Below, one piece after another: positions 1 through 9,661 of a DNA stretch of 64,000 nucleotides. Position 1 is the first letter of the stretch. Every line of letters begins with the position of its first letter. Both the position numbers and the translations under genes were made by a program. Where the stretch lies: contig NZ_CP134949.1 in NCBI RefSeq assembly GCF_032116555.1, positions 2,356,001 through 2,420,000 of the forward strand, in the 5' to 3' direction. This DNA is from Halorarum halobium. Lineage in GTDB: Archaea > Halobacteriota > Halobacteria > Halobacteriales > Haloferacaceae. The notes beneath the pieces are model-generated. The model made no database searches. It was not told the origin of the DNA and was given only the letters and a program-made list of their open reading frames with translations.

Positions 1-912
1 AAAGCCGCTACTTGTCGAATGCACTAGGGAGTGAAGCGGGTCGGTTTCGGTGTGCTGACGAAGACCGCCCGCTTCGCGAAGACAGTCGTGACGTTCGCTC
101 AAAAAGCCGTCGCTGGCCCGCCGGTACCGGCATACCGACCGGGTGAAGACGGGTATGCCGACTGGGTGATTCTCGCGGTTCAAGGCCTCAAAGAGTACCT
201 CAACCACGAGTACAGAAAGCTGATGGATGTTCTCCGAGAAATGCCGAGAGTCGCGAATCTGCTCGACTTGACGCCTGAAACGCTACCACACTTCTCGACG
301 GTGTGCGCACGAAAGCAGGAGATCCCGATGAAGCGGTGGCGAGCGATGCTCGATTCGTCGGTCGATCTGTACGAGCTCGGAGACGTTCAGGCGATCGACG
401 CAACCGGTGTGGATCGCGTCCAAGCCAGCCAGCACTACGCGAAACGGACGGACTACACGTTCGAAGCGGTGAAAACCACGCTGCTGGTCGATTGTGAGAC
501 GAGTGCGATCCTAGATATACACTGTTCGATGAAACAACCACACGATACACAGGTCGGCTGGCAGGTGCTCGTCCGGAATTTGGACGTGTTAGGCACTGTC
601 ACAGCGGATAAGGGCTACGACTGGGAGGAACTTCGAACACGGTTACGTGCGGAAAGTATCACACCACTGATTCCGCAGCGAGATCCTGGGATGCGGGGAT
701 GGGCGAAAAACTTGCTCATCCATGATCGGGCGTATCACCAACGTTCGAACGCTGAGTCGGTGTTTTTCGGTCTCCGGCGCAGATACGGAGATACGCTCTG
801 GTCGAGAACCTGGTTCGGCCAATTCCGTGAACTTGTCATGAAATCCGCGGTCCGAAACATCGAACGCGCATTAGAGGGTTCAAACTGGTGAAATCTGGCG
901 TCTAAACAAGGC
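1..912 (+). mobile_element. IS5-family (ISH1-group-like) insertion sequence, left end outside the window
   Basis: Transposase ORF followed by TCTAAACAAGGC (901-912). Its reverse complement GCCTTGTT.. resembles ISH1-type terminal inverted repeats. Confidence 0.75.
31..891 (+). CDS. IS5-family DDE transposase
   Basis: Motifs AIDATG, ADKGYD and YHQRSNAESVF typical of IS5 transposases. Start may be the GTG near 52-54. Confidence 0.9.
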   Translation: MKRVGFGVLTKTARFAKTVVTFAQKAVAGPPVPAYRPGEDGYADWVILAVQGLKEYLNHEYRKLMDVLREMPRVANLLDLTPETLPHFSTVCARKQEIPMKRWRAMLDSSVDLYELGDVQAIDATGVDRVQASQHYAKRTDYTFEAVKTTLLVDCETSAILDIHCSMKQPHDTQVGWQVLVRNLDVLGTVTADKGYDWEELRTRLRAESITPLIPQRDPGMRGWAKNLLIHDRAYHQRSNAESVFFGLRRRYGDTLWSRTWFGQFRELVMKSAVRNIERALEGSNW

Positions 913-1172
913 CGAGAGCATGAATTCAGCACTGGGCTGCTGCTTCATTCCAGCAAATCTACGGCGAAATCGCTGTTATGTCTATACGCGTATCGACCAT
1001 TCGGAGTCTCCGATAGTCGTCCACACTCGCTACGAGACATCGGTTGAATCTGAGTAACGTCAATTAGTTGGTTGGTACTCTCTCTGCATCTGTCTCGGTG
1101 CTTCCCTAAAAGGCATCTCAATGAGTCTGCCGGGGGGTGGAGGTTTATACACGTCGGGTACCGAATGGCGAT

Positions 1173-1589
1173 ATGGCAATTCTCGTGCCCTACGATGGGT
1201 CACACCCAGCGCAGAACGCGATAGAGCATGCGGTCAGAACAACGGGCGACGAGGAGATTATTCTGTTACGTGTCATCGAAGTGGCCAGCGGGTCGATCCA
1301 AGCAGGGATCAACCTTGTGCAGGAGAAACTCAAAGAGAAGCAGGAAGAGGAAGCAGATGAGTTGTCTGAAGAGATTGAAACGATTTTGGACGCAGACCGC
1401 GTCGAATTCCGAGTGGAAACTGCCGTTGGCAAGCCCTCCAGAGAGATCGTCTCCTTCGCGGAGGAACACGATATCACTCAAATCATCATCGGCAGCCACG
1501 GTCGAGAAGGCGTCTCTCGCGTGTTACTGGGGAATGTCGCCGAGAACGTTGTCCGACGTGCCCCAACCACAGTTACCGTTGTTCGCTGA
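1173..1589 (+). CDS. Universal stress protein (UspA family)
   Basis: ILVPYDGS N-terminus and IIIGSHGREG..LLGNVAENVVRRAP. TTTATA at 1144-1149 supports a leaderless ATG at 1173. Confidence 0.92.
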   Translation: MAILVPYDGSHPAQNAIEHAVRTTGDEEIILLRVIEVASGSIQAGINLVQEKLKEKQEEEADELSEEIETILDADRVEFRVETAVGKPSREIVSFAEEHDITQIIIGSHGREGVSRVLLGNVAENVVRRAPTTVTVVR

Positions 1590-1849
1590 CTCAGACCCGG
1601 TGTGCGGAATTCATAGTCACGTGTCGTGATAGATAGCTCGTCTGTACTTACCGAAGCGACTCACCACATCGAGGCGAGTTCTCACCAGCGGATTCGATGT
1701 GAAACATCCGGTAAGTGGGGTTGCGTATCTATCGCCGTAGTTCCTCGGGGGACCAACTCGTCTACCGGTACCGTCTGCTTGTGTCGGTAATTGTTGATAC
1801 TGCTGCAACATAACGGCTATCGCGTCATCGGCTACGCCCTCGGCTGGGA

Positions 1850-1993
1850 TCAGTCGTGAGCGACAGTTGTGTCTCGCAGTGGCCCACCACAGTCGGGACA
1901 CTCATCTTCGTGTTCCGGGTTGTCGACACCATCTCCACACTCTTGACACACATACAACGTGGACTCGGCGGGGGCAGGATCAGTTTCTACCAT
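1850..1993 (-). CDS. Small zinc-ribbon (rubrerythrin-like) protein, missing from the ORF track
   Basis: Translates as MVETDPAPAESTLYVCQECGDGVDNPEHEDECPDCGGPLRDTTVAHD* (CxxC/CPxCG). CTTATA about 25 bp upstream. Confidence 0.8.
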   Translation of the reverse strand: MVETDPAPAESTLYVCQECGDGVDNPEHEDECPDCGGPLRDTTVAHD

Positions 1994-2233
1994 CATCAAT
2001 CATTATGTATGGGGGAATATAAGGTATGGGGTCTACTCATCGCGGTACAGTAGCAACGGGGCAGCAATCCATACAATATTGGGACACGTTGGTGGCTACC
2101 CACACTGCATCATCCGTCCTTGCTACCCCCTACGTCACGCTCCTCGTTCAACGTGCACATCTCCGTTGAAATCACTGCCCTACCCGATGAGAGAGCTGTC
2201 ACCGATCGGTCCCTCGGAACTCGCTCGGCTCCG

Positions 2234-4141
2234 TCAGGTGAGCCCCCAGAAGAACGCGATCCCAAGGACTGTGACGACCGACAGGAGGAGTTGGAGCGGG
2301 GCACCGACGCGGGCGTAATCAGTGAACTTGTAGCCACCGGGCCCGTAGACGAACAGGTTCGTCTGATAGCCCACCGGCGTGATGAACGCGGTGGACGCGG
2401 CGAAGGTGACAGCGAGGATGAACGCGAAGGGATTCCCGCCGACTTCCTGTGCGGTCGTGACGGCGACGGGGATCATGAGGACGACGCTGGCGTTGTTCGA
2501 GATGACGCTCGTGATGAGGCCGGTGGCGATGTAGAACACCCAGAGGACACCCATGACGGGCAGGAACGTCCCGGTGAGGGCGATGATCGACCCGATGTAC
2601 GTCGCCGCACCTGACTGTTCGAGTGCAATGCCGAGCGGGATCACTCCCGCAAGGAGGAGGATGACGCTCCAGTCGACACCGTCGTAGATCTCCCCGGGTT
2701 TGATGACGCCGGTGGCGACCATGGTAACGACGCCGGCGAGCGCGGTCTGTACGATGGTCAGATCGATAGCCGCGAACGCGCCGACACCGGTGATGGACGC
2801 GACTGTATCCCAGGGGATACCGACAAGGCCGACGACGGCGACGATGATACCGATAGCCCACGGGATCTTCTCGGTGCGGTAGTCCGCCGTCTCCGATTCG
2901 TGAGCAACGATGAAGTCCGGATTCGATGAGAGACGGTCGATGCTGTCCGACGGGGCTTGGACGAGAAGCGTGTCGCCGACGCGGAGTTCGACGTTATCGA
3001 GCCGACTCCGGATCGTTTCCCCACCCGAGCGGAACGCGAGGACGCTCGCGTTGTATCGTTCACGGAACGAGGAGGTCGTGAGCGTCTCGCCGAGGAGAGA
3101 GGAGCCGGACTGGATGACGATCTCGACGAGCGCCTGTGCGTCTCCCCCGGGTTCGAGTTCCGAGTCGGTGGGTGGCGTGCCGACGAGGTTGAGCCCAGTG
3201 AGTTCGCGGAGGGACCCGAGCGTCTCGCGGTCGGTTCGGATCGTGAGGACGTCGCCGGCGCGAATGCGCTTGCTTCCGATCCCTTCGAAGTACGTCTCCC
3301 CGTCACGGAGGATCTGCATGATGTCCGCGTCGAATCGGGATTCGTCGATAGCGTCTCCGACCGTTTTTCCGACGATGGCGGCGTCCTCGCGGACGACGAC
3401 TTCCGTAACGTAGTTCTGGAGTTCGTACTCCTCGATGTAGTCATCCCGGGCGGGGACGCGTTCGGGGAGCAGTCGATGGCCGACCGTCATGAGGTAGAGG
3501 GACCCGATGACGAGCACGATGACGCCGAGGGCGGTGAAGGTGAACATCGAGAACGATCGACCGATGAGTCGTTCGGAGACGCTGGAGGCGAGAAGATTCG
3601 TGGACGTTCCGATAAGCGTGAGCATCCCGCCGAACATGGATGCGAACGAGAGCGGGATGAGCAGCTTGGAGGGGGAGGTGTTCCCCTTGTGGGCGAGATC
3701 GGAGATGATGGGGACGAGGATCGCGACGACCGGTGTGTTGTTGATGAACCCCGAGACCGGGCCGGCGACAGCGATCGTCGCACCGAGTTGCTTGCGCTGG
3801 CTGTTCCCGGCGAACGCCGCCATCTTCCGGCCGATGATCTGGACGATACCGGTCTTACTGATGCCGGTGCTGAGGATGAGCATCGCGAGCACGGCGATGG
3901 TCGCAGTGCTGGAGAAACCGGAGATCCCCTCCGTGACGGAAACGTTCGTCCACGGCGAGAGGAGGGTGAGCACGACGATGATGAATATCGCCGTGATGTC
4001 GATCGGGAGAAGTTCCGTGACGAAGAGGAAAAGCGCCAAGAGGACGACACCAAACACGACGAGCATGTCCGTCGTGACCGGCGGGATCGTCCCGGCCTGC
4101 GCTTGAAGCAAGGTGAGACTCATAATTCGGGTTTCAGACAT
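2234..4141 (-). CDS. SLC13/CitMHS-type permease with TrkA-C domains
   Basis: Motifs SGFINNT, TLIGTSTNL, ISNNAS and TPVGYQTN, with two central TrkA-C repeats. Confidence 0.9.
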   Translation of the reverse strand: MSETRIMSLTLLQAQAGTIPPVTTDMLVVFGVVLLALFLFVTELLPIDITAIFIIVVLTLLSPWTNVSVTEGISGFSSTATIAVLAMLILSTGISKTGIVQIIGRKMAAFAGNSQRKQLGATIAVAGPVSGFINNTPVVAILVPIISDLAHKGNTSPSKLLIPLSFASMFGGMLTLIGTSTNLLASSVSERLIGRSFSMFTFTALGVIVLVIGSLYLMTVGHRLLPERVPARDDYIEEYELQNYVTEVVVREDAAIVGKTVGDAIDESRFDADIMQILRDGETYFEGIGSKRIRAGDVLTIRTDRETLGSLRELTGLNLVGTPPTDSELEPGGDAQALVEIVIQSGSSLLGETLTTSSFRERYNASVLAFRSGGETIRSRLDNVELRVGDTLLVQAPSDSIDRLSSNPDFIVAHESETADYRTEKIPWAIGIIVAVVGLVGIPWDTVASITGVGAFAAIDLTIVQTALAGVVTMVATGVIKPGEIYDGVDWSVILLLAGVIPLGIALEQSGAATYIGSIIALTGTFLPVMGVLWVFYIATGLITSVISNNASVVLMIPVAVTTAQEVGGNPFAFILAVTFAASTAFITPVGYQTNLFVYGPGGYKFTDYARVGAPLQLLLSVVTVLGIAFFWGLT

Positions 4142-4489
4142 CCATTCATACGGTAGCTATGGGGGTCATATTTATAGGATATAGCAGTCGTACTGATATG
4201 ATTATTGGATATCCGGCCGTACTTTCGCCACTCTCCCGTGACCCCGACTCTGGCCGTCATACACGACCGCAACCACGCCACGGACTTCGCTCTCAGTGAG
4301 GTCAACAGCTCTGTTGAGGGCTTCAACAGCTCATAACTGATACAGCTCTGAATTGTCTCACTACATTCAGTCATATTCTCGGGTGTTTGCTGCATACAGA
4401 GAGTGGATTCAGCAGAGAGATACCTACAGACGAAGTATATCTCAGCACAGGCGGTCCAATTTTCGAGTTGAGTGTGTTGGGCCGTTGTG

Positions 4490-4822
4490 CTATCGGCCGA
4501 TGAGTCCCAGTACCCGTCTGCGAACGTCCTCGGCTGAGTCATATATCTGGTCATCAGTTGAAGAGAGTACGTCCGCCAGGGATTGCTTGCCGCCCTGCGT
4601 TTCAAGTTCATACTCGCCATAGGCCTCAACCAACTCATTTGTCGTGGCTGGATAGTCGTGAGATTTGAGCGCTTCATCAAGATCATCAAGCCGCTCACCA
4701 GGGTCGCCGCGCATCGGCTCTTCTTCATCGGCACGGGTCCGTGCCTCCTCTTGCATCCGCTCTCGCTGGCGCTCCTCTTCACGATCCGCTTGCTCATCTC
4801 GGCCCTGTTTATCATCTGCCAT
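4490..4822 (-). CDS. Small acidic haloarchaeal protein (DUF5789-like)
   Basis: Acidic protein with a HDYPATTNELVEAYG..L motif. Confidence 0.75.
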   Translation of the reverse strand: MADDKQGRDEQADREEERQRERMQEEARTRADEEEPMRGDPGERLDDLDEALKSHDYPATTNELVEAYGEYELETQGGKQSLADVLSSTDDQIYDSAEDVRRRVLGLIGR

Positions 4823-4942
4823 ATGCCGCGGTAGGAGAGCCAGGCGGATAACAGTAGGGCTGAGGAGTCATAGAACAGTTACCACACCAAAGAGCAGGGT
4901 GAACGCTAAGGTAGAATGAGTTCAGCGACTCTGCAAGATGAT

Positions 4943-5682
4943 CCTCCGGAAGGACGTCGAGGACGTCATCGAGGAGCCGGTGAGTCCCGCCAGCCGTCGG
5001 CGTTTCTGCGGTCGCTCGTGAAACTCACGAAGCGCCACACGGACGCCCTCGCAGACATCGACAACGACAACCTGAACGACCAGGTGGCCGCGTTCACAGA
5101 GAACGTAAAGCGGAACGCGGACGCCGTCCAGAGCAATCTCGAAGGCTCCCAGTTTGGGGAGTTCGACGTGGTGTTCTCCGCGCTGAGCTTCAACTACTCG
5201 TGGAAGTTGTACGCGGCACGCCGCATCCGCGCGGAGAACGAGGACGTGCTCACCGAGGAAGCGCACCACGCGTTCGACGAACTCATCAACGCGCTCGAAC
5301 TGTTCGGGCCGGCGCGCGAGCACTTCAAGGCGCTGTACTTCCAGTGGGCGCTCATCGACCTTTCCCGGACGATGCTGTACGCGTCCATCCCCGCGCTCCC
5401 CACGGTGGTCGCGGGCGTCGTCTACCTCGAACCGTCGCTGTTCCCGGGGACCGTGTTCGGCGTGCGCACGCTCTCGTGGTGGTGAGCGCGGGCGTGGCCG
5501 TCTCTCTGCTACCGTTCGCGTTCCTGTTGTCCTACATTCTTCGCATCGTCACCGTGACGAAGCGTACGCTCTCCATCGGGCCGTTCATCCTCCGGGAGAC
5601 CGACTGGTCCCGCGACCTTGACTGGGGCGAACCCGAAGCGAAGAGCGAGGAGAACGCGGGCGTCGGCGACGAGGGAGAGTAA
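4943..5682 (+). pseudogene. 5'-truncated, frameshifted paralog of the membrane protein at 33853-34869
   Basis: Shares QFG.FDVVF.AL.FNYSWK, LFGPAREH.K.LYFQWALIDLS and SY.LRIVT..KRTL with 33853-34869. Frameshifts near 4990 and 5472. Confidence 0.85.
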
Positions 5683-5787
5683 CGCGGACGTCAGCCGTTC
5701 ACTCGGCCCATCGGACGTTCTCGTAGCCGAGGTAGCGTCCATCATGTCCTCGAACTCGAACCCCGAGAGATCGTCCAGTACAGCCAT
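5683..5787 (-). pseudogene. N-terminal remnant of an Mrr-like restriction endonuclease family gene
   Basis: Reads MAVLDDLSGFEFEDMM, then in a shifted frame LGYENVRWAE*TAD. This resembles the L..LS..EFE..LGY..V start of Mrr_cat proteins. Confidence 0.6.
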
Positions 5788-5850
5788 CCAGAGATCAGGG
5801 TATCATAGAACGAGTTACAGTCCGGCTTCATATCATTGCTAACAGACGCG

Positions 5851-6005
5851 TTAGAAGCCCCGATTACGACGCGTGTAGAAAACTATCAGGCCGAGTACAC
5901 AGAGGCTAATCCCCAACCAAAGGTCATCCCGGGCAGTAGTGTAAGAGTCATTGTCACGATACCTGATGACAGAAGCGACCATCCAAGCGTTGTCTGGGAT
6001 GACAT
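5851..6005 (-). pseudogene. Small two-TM protein with a 1-bp frameshift; paralog of 54884-55027
   Basis: MSSQTTLGWSLLSSGIVTMTLTLLPG/DDLWLGISLCVLGLIVFYTRR aligns to MTYRTTIGWSLISSGVVTLLLVYLPGDSLWWGLGLLALGV if one base is added at CCC 5928-5930. Confidence 0.7.
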
Positions 6006-6549
6006 AGTGGTCATAGCAGGGGAGAGCGATTAAATCACTGGAGGAGACATAAGCACATCTACTGAGTGGTTATTTTATTTGTCCTCATGGAGGATATAAT
6101 ATCCTGTGAACGGTTCTATGACAGACTCCGTAGTGCTAACTGCGACTACCGAGAAATCCGGTCGACCGTGCTCCCCTGTCACTCTCCGACTTGGCCTCGT
6201 CGTTGTATTAGTCGTCAGCGAGGCGTACCCCGCCCGGGTATCGGCCGTGATGACGATCAGATTCGGCGCTGGGTACGCTGACGCCGGGTCCCCGTCATCG
6301 AGGCCAGTCGATCTCACGTGCTCTCAGTACTGTCGCAACCGTGGAATGATGAGTCAGGATAATTCGATCCAGAATGATGGATTAATGATCGTTCTTTTGC
6401 GGCGTGCGAGATATAGAGGATGAGTTCACCACGGTGATCGCGTTCTATTCAGGCAGTTACGGCTGAATCAGCCGTTTCGCAGGACTGCAAACCTAACGCG
6501 GTTGCTTCTACCAGCAAGATATTGGGCTGGAGGACTAAACTCTGTGAAT

Positions 6550-7041
6550 ATGAACAGTGTTGGAACTGTCGAACGCATCTTCACTGCTCCTGAAGCCGAA
6601 GTCGAGATGACTGAACGCAGTGAAGTTGAGGCCGTCGCTCGAAGTGGCCTTCGGGGTGACAGATATTTCCGCGAAATAGAAACCGGAACCTTCGTCACGT
6701 GGGAGCCAGACGAGGAACGCCACGATGGCTACGATTTGACACTCATCGAGCGAGAAGCCGTTGATGCAATCAAGCGCGATGCAGATATTGAACTCGCTCC
6801 CGGCGAACATCGGCGGAATATCGTCACCCGTGAAACCGCACTCAACCATCTCGTCGGCAAGCGCTTCCGTGTCGGTGATGCCATCTGTCGGGGCGATAGA
6901 CTGTGTGAACCATGTGGGTATCTTCAGGACCTCATCGGGAAAGACGTCCTGGATGCATTGGCCCACCGAGGTGGGCTTCGAGCTGACATCCTCGAAAGTG
7001 GAGTGATTCATCCGAGTGACAAAATCGAACCGCTCGATTAG
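6550..7041 (+). CDS. MOSC domain protein
   Basis: Motifs GLRGDRY, RRNIVT, LVGKRFRVG, CEPC and RGGLRA.I. Confidence 0.9.
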   Translation: MNSVGTVERIFTAPEAEVEMTERSEVEAVARSGLRGDRYFREIETGTFVTWEPDEERHDGYDLTLIEREAVDAIKRDADIELAPGEHRRNIVTRETALNHLVGKRFRVGDAICRGDRLCEPCGYLQDLIGKDVLDALAHRGGLRADILESGVIHPSDKIEPLD

Positions 7042-7271
7042 TTGCCGTCATAGAGTCGGCGTCGAAAGAACCCTCCGTATTCAGCACGACCCTCTTGACA
7101 GTCAATCAGCGCGCCCGATTCCCGGATAGGTAACTGCTTGACCTGTACTGAGCAATTCATGGCTCATCCAATCGGCCGGAGGAGTGGCAGAACCTAACAC
7201 CGGCTGAGGATTTCAACGTAGCCACAGGAAAGAATATTCTCATAGTAGAAGTCCGAAGCGAGGGTTTTTGA

Positions 7272-7905
7272 TCAGATGTTATCGAGATACCCCCTCCGCT
7301 CCTCTAGTTTCACCTCCTCGGAACGACGGTCGTAGTGCTTGTTAAGGACGTCACGACTTACGTTCACCCTATCGCCGACAATCTCCAAAGGAATGTCCTC
7401 GGTGAAGAAGTGCGTAATGCTGCCACGACAGATGGGGTGTGGACTGGCTGCCTCTAGACACTTGTTATCGTCCGCACCGGTACAGCCAGGGCATGGCTCG
7501 TTCCGAAAACAACGCGCTGTAGTCCGATACACGACCCTCCGGAACGTGCTCCGTCGCATCCTCCCACGTGAAGTCGTAAACAGCGGCTTCCGACCGTAGT
7601 CGTCGACGACACCCTTTCGCGTGTTCTCGATGAAATCCTGAAGGACATCAGCGAGTCTCTCCGTAATCGCAATCGGCCGTTCCCCTGCGCCTCCGTTCTT
7701 TAACATCGTCCCCCTCGTCGGGGCGATGGGCGAGTTCGATTCGCTCGTTCGCCACGCCGACGTTGCCGATATCGAGGGGATTAGCACCGCCCAGTCGCAT
7801 TCCGGTCTCTCAAAGTAACGCGAAGACTGCATGCTCAACAGAAGTATACTGATACCTCACCAGATGCTCGAGAACTGCTTCTTCAGTCTCCAACTCAAGA
7901 ATTGC
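7272..7905 (-). pseudogene. Tyrosine integrase pseudogene (SNJ2-like haloarchaeal family)
   Basis: Fragments ..ALL*ETGMRLG.., LKNG..GER and SPHPICRGSITH..KHYDRRS align with the integrase at 31782-32949. Has a nonsense codon, a frameshift, HxxR changed to HxxC, and no N-terminus. Confidence 0.85.
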
Positions 7906-8132
7906 GAACCATACTGTCCGCTGTTGGTGGTTATTGAAATCCGCCCCCACCTTTTTATGTGCGTCACTTGATCGAATATCCGGACTCTCGGATGTAGGCG
8001 ACCCGCGCACACCCGGTGTATGGAATCACACGATTTCACCGCCGTAATACGGTCGGTGAAAATGAGTGCTCGCACCGTAGATCTACCGATAACCGTGATT
8101 TCCGCACTGTTAGAAAGCGTACGCAACGCGAA

Positions 8133-8207
8133 TGGGTCGGGGCGGATTCGAACCGCCGGCCTGCTCCGTGTGAAGGAGCCGTCATAACCGGACTAGACCA
8201 CCGACCC
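8133..8207 (-). tRNA. tRNA-Val (anticodon CAC)
   Basis: Cloverleaf GGGTCGG..; anticodon arm GCTCC-TT CAC AC-GGAGC; T-loop GGTTCGAATCC. TTAAG box upstream. Confidence 0.97.
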
Positions 8208-8241
8208 GGCAGCCGAACTACCCCGGTCGGAGACTTAACCC

Positions 8242-8499
8242 TTACCTCTCGGCGCGGTACGCCGCCAGCCGGTCCCGGGCGTCCCCCACTGCCCGCTTCG
8301 TCTCGCCCTCCGCGCGCTCGGAGAGCTCCTTCAGGTCCGCCTCGATCCGCTCGAGTCGGGATGGGTCCGGCTCCGCTTCCTCGCCGACGAACTCCCGGAC
8401 GCGCTCCTCGATCGGTTCGAGTTCCTCCTTCACGCCCGCCGCCGCGTGTTCGGTCGCGCGACCCAGGTAGTACCGTGCGTCCTCGAAGTGCTTCGACAT
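8242..8499 (-). CDS. Conserved small haloarchaeal helical protein
   Basis: MSKHFEDARYYLGRA.., acidic, core-like codon usage. Confidence 0.75.
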   Translation of the reverse strand: MSKHFEDARYYLGRATEHAAAGVKEELEPIEERVREFVGEEAEPDPSRLERIEADLKELSERAEGETKRAVGDARDRLAAYRAER

Positions 8500-8595
8500 A
8501 CCTGTCGTTCCCGAGGCGACGAATAAACGCCTTGTGGCCACTACCCGGTCACTACGCTCACAGTAAACGGAGCCGCCGAACCCGCCGAACGGGGG

Positions 8596-9129
8596 TCAGT
8601 ACGTCGGTTCGTCCTCGGGTTCCCCGTCCCGCTGGTTCACGACCCGCGCGAAGGTGAACAGCGCGTCCGACACCCGGTTGAGGTACGCGATGGCCGCCCC
8701 GTTCACTGGTTCGTCGTTCGCCAGCGCGACCGCGCGACGCTCGGCGCGCCGGGAGACGGTCCGGGCGTGGTGCAGTTTCGCCCCCGCGTCGCTCCCCGAG
8801 GGGAGCACGAAGTTGCGGAGCGGTTCGAGCTCCTCGTCGAGTTCGTCGATCCAGTCCTCCAGCTGTTCGGTGTGTTCGGGACGGACCTGCGGGTCGTCCT
8901 CGTCTGGGTCCGGGTTGGCGAAGTCCGCCTGAACGACGTGGAGGTGGTTCTGGACCGCCCGGAGCATCTCGTCGACGTCGTCATGACCCGTCGGCCGGAC
9001 CGTGCCGATCAGCGCGTTCGCCTCGTCGACCGTGCCGTACGCCTCGATCCGGGGCGACGTCTTCGACACGCGGGACATGTCACGGAGGTCGGTCTCCCCC
9101 TCGTCGCCCCGCCCGGTGTACACCGGCAT
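8596..9129 (-). CDS. pduO: ATP:cob(I)alamin adenosyltransferase (PduO type)
   Basis: Motifs YTGRGDEGET, RIEAYGTVDEAN, ARTVSRRAERR and YLNRVSDALF. Confidence 0.93.
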   Translation of the reverse strand: MPVYTGRGDEGETDLRDMSRVSKTSPRIEAYGTVDEANALIGTVRPTGHDDVDEMLRAVQNHLHVVQADFANPDPDEDDPQVRPEHTEQLEDWIDELDEELEPLRNFVLPSGSDAGAKLHHARTVSRRAERRAVALANDEPVNGAAIAYLNRVSDALFTFARVVNQRDGEPEDEPTY

Positions 9130-9131
9130 CG

Positions 9132-9371
9132 TCAGGCGAGCGTCCGATCGACGTACTCCAGGATGTTCGCGGACTCGTTCATCGTCACGCCGCGCTCGCC
9201 GTCGACGAGCACGGGGACGGCACGCTGGCCGCTCACGCGCTTGACCTCGTCGCGCTCGGAGTGCATCGCGCCCGTCCACTCGGTCTCGTACTCGACGTCC
9301 GCGTCCGAGAGCGCGTCGTGCACCTTCTCACACCACGGACAGCCGTCCAGCGCGTACAGCGTGATGGACAT
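9132..9371 (-). CDS. Glutaredoxin / GST N-terminal-like protein
   Basis: CPWC, SGQRAVPVLVD and ESANILEY. Confidence 0.88.
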   Translation of the reverse strand: MSITLYALDGCPWCEKVHDALSDADVEYETEWTGAMHSERDEVKRVSGQRAVPVLVDGERGVTMNESANILEYVDRTLA

Positions 9372-9661
9372 GTTCCCGCCTTGGACGAGCGTGGGGAAGT
9401 AGCTTCGGACCCCGCGGGTGACACGCCCGGTCGACCGTGTCGAACGCGTCGACGAGTAAGGGTCGCGCCCGTTCCGCGTGCCAGCGGGTCGACCCGCCCT
9501 CCGGACGCGACGACCGGCCCGAATCTGGAGTTCAGCCCCGTTTCCCGGCGTGGAACGTCGTCTCGGGCTACCGTCCGCGAGAACAGTCCGACTCGCGTCA
9601 GACGGACGTCGGACGTTCCGAGACGCTTATGAGACGTGAAATGAATCGGTTCCGCGATTCG

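Larger units (their letters stand above)
1..8132. mobile_element. Decayed genomic island at the tRNA-Val(CAC) 3' end; left boundary outside the window
   Basis: Visibly more AT-rich than the core. Contains an IS, several pseudogenes and an integrase remnant next to the tRNA 3' end. High-GC core genes resume after 8207. Confidence 0.75.

Noticed and set aside
4298..4330. CTGTTGA / TTCAAC motifs (also near 2161 and 7208) as IS end remnants
   Set aside because: Too short and degenerate to assign without an ISfinder search.
6066..6423. Short ORFs at 6066-6423, 35920-36241 and 7857-8126
   Set aside because: Atypical composition and no recognisable motifs. Probably decayed or non-coding island DNA.
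7929..7952. GAAATCCGCCCCCACC resembling the tRNA-Val 3' end as a second att site
   Set aside because: Wrong orientation for a direct repeat and an imperfect match. The real partner att is probably outside the window.
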